Shown piece after piece: positions 61,613 through 64,000 of a stretch of 64,000 nt of DNA. The stretch is from an uncultured Acholeplasmataceae bacterium (GTDB lineage Bacteria > Bacillota_I > Bacilli_A > Acholeplasmatales > Acholeplasmataceae). The notes under the pieces are model-generated. The model was not told the origin of the DNA, did not search any database, and saw only the letters and a program-made list of their open reading frames with translations. The translations under genes and the position numbers were made by a program. The first letter of the stretch is position 1. Each line of letters starts with the position of its first letter. The stretch is from contig CAUTSJ010000003.1 in assembly GCA_963541505.1 (NCBI GenBank), positions 590-64,589 of the forward strand. The letters run 5' to 3'.

Positions 61613-61980
61613 TTGAAACAATTTACGGTAACTTCACCCTGCTTAAAGACTATAGGTCGGTTTTTTCACAAGAAGAATTTCAAAACCGTTACTTTCCAGA
61701 AGTTTACGATAAATTTGACTTTATTGTAGGTGATGTGACTGCAAACATGCTTAGACTAAAAGGTTTTACTAAAAAAGAAGGTAAAGCCAATTTTGCCTAT
61801 ATTCCTGACTACTTAAACTCAACTTGCAACTTTAACACTGGCTACTTTATCTTAAAACGCCTAGACACCCCTGAACTTTCTGAATACATCAAAACTAAAA
61901 AATCTGAGTTTTTAGCGAGTTTGACCCAAAAATATGCAGACCTTTTAAATAGCCTGCCTGAAAAATGTACGAAGAAGTAA
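61606..61980 (+). CDS. YutD-like protein (DUF1027 family)
   Basis: The start is taken at the ATG after the GGAGG RBS. MLIETIYGNFTLLKDYRSVFSQEEFQNRYFPEVYDKFDFIVGDV..LRLKGF matches the YutD pattern. Confidence 0.6.
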   Translation: MLIETIYGNFTLLKDYRSVFSQEEFQNRYFPEVYDKFDFIVGDVTANMLRLKGFTKKEGKANFAYIPDYLNSTCNFNTGYFILKRLDTPELSEYIKTKKSEFLASLTQKYADLLNSLPEKCTKK

Positions 61981-62183
61981 AAGCGTTAATTGACCGAGTA
62001 AAACCCTACATTCAAGCAGATGGCGGCGATATTGAACTTGTGGCCGTTGAAGAAGGAATTGTCTATGTTAAAATGCACGGTGCTTGTGTTGGTTGTAATT
62101 TAATTGACTCAACTTTATTTGATGGTCTGCTAGCCCTGCTTAAAGACAACATAGAGGGTGTAATTTCGGTTGTAGAGGTTTAA
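61965..62183 (+). CDS. NifU C-terminal domain (Nfu-type) Fe-S protein
   Basis: 72 aa with ..ADGGDIELV...V.MHGACVGC.. and a CxxC motif. Confidence 0.8.
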   Translation: MYEEVKALIDRVKPYIQADGGDIELVAVEEGIVYVKMHGACVGCNLIDSTLFDGLLALLKDNIEGVISVVEV

Positions 62184-62187
62184 AAGA

Positions 62188-62661
62188 ATGCAAAAGAAAA
62201 CAGAGTTTACTACTAGTAATTTTAAAGAAACCCAAAACTTAGGTAAAAAAATCGCAAAGTGTCTAAAAGCACCAGCGGTTATTTTGTTGTATGGTGATTT
62301 AGCTGCTGGCAAAACTACTTTTACACAAGGTCTAGCCAAAGGTCTTGGCATTGACGCAGTTGTCAATTCCCCTTCTTTTACGATTATGCGTTCATACGAA
62401 ACAAAGTCTGGCATGCCTTTTAACCACCTTGATCTGTATAGGTTAAACGGAGTTGGTGCTGACTTTGACTTACAAGACTACATAGACCAAGGAATTTGTG
62501 TAATTGAGTGGCCAGGTCAGGCAACTGATTTACTTCCCAAAAACCGAATTGAAATTAGTATTGAAAAACTTGACGAAAACTCGCGGGTTTTTCAAATTAA
62601 GGAAGTTAGCGAAAGCAGAATGCTGGATTTTGCTAAACTAACTAAAGGTGAAAATAAATGA
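62188..62661 (+). CDS. tsaE: tRNA t6A37 biosynthesis ATPase TsaE
   Basis: 157 aa with Walker A GDLAAGKTTFTQGLAKGLG and a ..HLDLYRL.. segment. Confidence 0.87.
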   Translation: MQKKTEFTTSNFKETQNLGKKIAKCLKAPAVILLYGDLAAGKTTFTQGLAKGLGIDAVVNSPSFTIMRSYETKSGMPFNHLDLYRLNGVGADFDLQDYIDQGICVIEWPGQATDLLPKNRIEISIEKLDENSRVFQIKEVSESRMLDFAKLTKGENK

Positions 62662-63266
62662 AACTAATTGTAGATACATCTAACCACGCTCTGATTTTGT
62701 TGTTAATTTGGCCAAACGGCGAAACTAAATGTTTTTATGACCTAAATACTCGCGACTTTTCTGCCAACACCGCAGAGCAAGTTAGTACTTTTTTAAAAAG
62801 CAACTCAGTAAAGACAAGCGATTTAACAGCAGTGATTGCCGGAGTTGGACCAGGTTCTTACACTGGAACCCGCGTTGCCGTTACTATTGTAAAAACTTTG
62901 GCATACGTCTTAAATATTCCGGCGTACTCCATTTCTTCACTTGCTTTGTTTGCATCTGTTTTAAAGGAAGATAAAACAATTATTTATAAATCTGCTCGCA
63001 ACCAAAACTACTATGTTGGAATGTTTAAAGAAAATCAGGCCGCGCAAAGTGATGCTTTACTTAAAGAAAGTGAACTGTACGAACTAATTTCTAATAAACC
63101 TGACTTTAAAGCAATTGAATTAAGTACAATTACTGAGTTTAGTGGTGAGTTTAACTTAAAACTAATTGAAAATAGTTTAGTTTCTGTAGACGCATTTGCT
63201 TTAGAGCCAAATTACTTAAGGAAAACTGAAGCCGAGATTAACTATGATCAAAAAAATAACAGATGA
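62658..63266 (+). CDS. tsaB: tRNA t6A37 biosynthesis protein TsaB
   Basis: 202 aa with a GVGPGSYTGTRVAVT motif, located between tsaE and rimI. Confidence 0.82.
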   Translation: MKLIVDTSNHALILLLIWPNGETKCFYDLNTRDFSANTAEQVSTFLKSNSVKTSDLTAVIAGVGPGSYTGTRVAVTIVKTLAYVLNIPAYSISSLALFASVLKEDKTIIYKSARNQNYYVGMFKENQAAQSDALLKESELYELISNKPDFKAIELSTITEFSGEFNLKLIENSLVSVDAFALEPNYLRKTEAEINYDQKNNR

Positions 63267-63660
63267 GCCCACTTTAGGTTTAGTTTTAACTTCTTTAAAA
63301 GAAGACTTTGGACAAACCGAAGACCTAAAGTCGCTTTCAAACCGAGAGGTCTATGGTTTTTTTAGCGAAGATACATTACTGGGTTATATTGTTTGGCTAA
63401 AAGTAGTAGATGTTGCCGATATTTTAAACTTGTTCGTATTTCCGGAGCACCGCAAAACTGGCAAAGCCACTGCTCTACTTCTTGCCACAATTGACACACT
63501 TAAACAAACTGGCATTAAAACTTTTTATCTAGAAGTTAAAAAATCAAACGAGCAAGCAATTTCTGTTTACGAAAAAGTTGGTTTCAAGGTAGTTAGAGAA
63601 ATTAAAAATTACTATGAAAACGAAGACGGTCTTGCTTATATGTACGGAGAAATGATATGA
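63244..63660 (+). CDS. rimI: GNAT acetyltransferase, RimI-type
   Basis: 138 aa with acetyl-CoA motif ..[15 protein letters not shown].. and synteny tsaB-rimI-tsaD. Confidence 0.75.
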   Translation: MIKKITDEPTLGLVLTSLKEDFGQTEDLKSLSNREVYGFFSEDTLLGYIVWLKVVDVADILNLFVFPEHRKTGKATALLLATIDTLKQTGIKTFYLEVKKSNEQAISVYEKVGFKVVREIKNYYENEDGLAYMYGEMI

Positions 63661-64000
63661 AAATTTTAGCAATTGAATCAAGCTGCGACGAAACTAGTGC
63701 CGCTGTTGTTGAAAACGGCACCAAGGTGCTTTCATGCGCTGTTCGCAGTCAAATTAAGACCCACGCTAAGTTTGGCGGAGTTGTTCCTGAAATCGCGGCT
63801 CGCGACCACGTTTTAGCGATTAACTTTGTTGTAGACCAAGCCCTTAAAGACGCTGGCATAAAACTAAGTGAAATTGATAAAATCGCGGTCACTCAAGGAC
63901 CTGGTCTAATTGGTGCCTTGTTTGTTGGAATTAATGCAGCACAAAGCCTGGCTATGGCTTTAGACAAACCGCTAATTGGAGTTAATCATTTAGTAGGACA
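63657..64000 (+). CDS. tsaD: tRNA N6-adenosine threonylcarbamoyltransferase TsaD, 3' end outside the window
   Basis: [21 protein letters not shown]...[13 protein letters not shown]. The ATGA overlap with the rimI stop shows TGA is used as stop. Confidence 0.92.
   Translation, partial: MKILAIESSCDETSAAVVENGTKVLSCAVRSQIKTHAKFGGVVPEIAARDHVLAINFVVDQALKDAGIKLSEIDKIAVTQGPGLIGALFVGINAAQSLAMALDKPLIGVNHLVG

Overview
AT-rich, gene-dense chromosomal segment from a low-GC Firmicutes/Tenericutes-type bacterium. TGA is read as stop: an intact RF2 gene (prfB) is present, rimI/tsaD overlap as ATGA, and Trp is encoded by TGG. Together with Cys-lipobox lipoproteins and the Prp/long-L27 pair, this points to an Acholeplasma-like Mollicute or close relative (inference only). 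Housekeeping backbone: glyA, hpf, rsmE, secG, ldh, fba, two ABC exporter half-pairs, secA-prfB, yitT-like, recX, tRNA-Arg(CCT), rplU-prp-rpmA-obg, queA, coaX, pgm, pepP, tatD, thiI, trmH-like, cdaA, yutD-nfu-tsaE-tsaB-rimI-tsaD. No rRNA, CRISPR array, transposase or integrase was seen. Accessory or unusual content: (1) an hsdM-hsdS-hsdR Type I R-M locus whose specificity region holds three tandem TRD modules, interrupted by a (GA)7 tract and carrying a 3x12-bp repeat in the central conserved region. (2) A three-gene SMC/kleisin-type operon with Wadjet JetA-JetB-JetC / MksF-E-B architecture directly 3' of tRNA-Arg, with no JetD-type nuclease gene. It is followed by an RNase J paralog that has lost every metal-binding motif and has no canonical start codon. 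(3) A surface-protein region with a giant Listeria-Bacteroides-repeat protein split from its membrane anchor at a T6A5 run, a T17 tract upstream, an orphan repeat-rich spacer, a 968-aa coiled-coil protein and an LRR lipoprotein. (4) A roughly 2-kb cassette (AlbA_2/Schlafen-like ATPase-wHTH gene, 5x12-bp perfect tandem repeat, small ORF with a 17-bp hairpin) flanked by a duplicated terminator. (5) cdaA followed by a membrane PAS/degenerate-GGDEF (GGATF) protein instead of cdaR. (6) A single ORF fusing 5-formyl-THF cyclo-ligase, IspD and IspF. The best candidate for a new system is the JetD-less JetABC-like operon and its context. All family calls come from motif recognition by eye and need HMM or structure confirmation.
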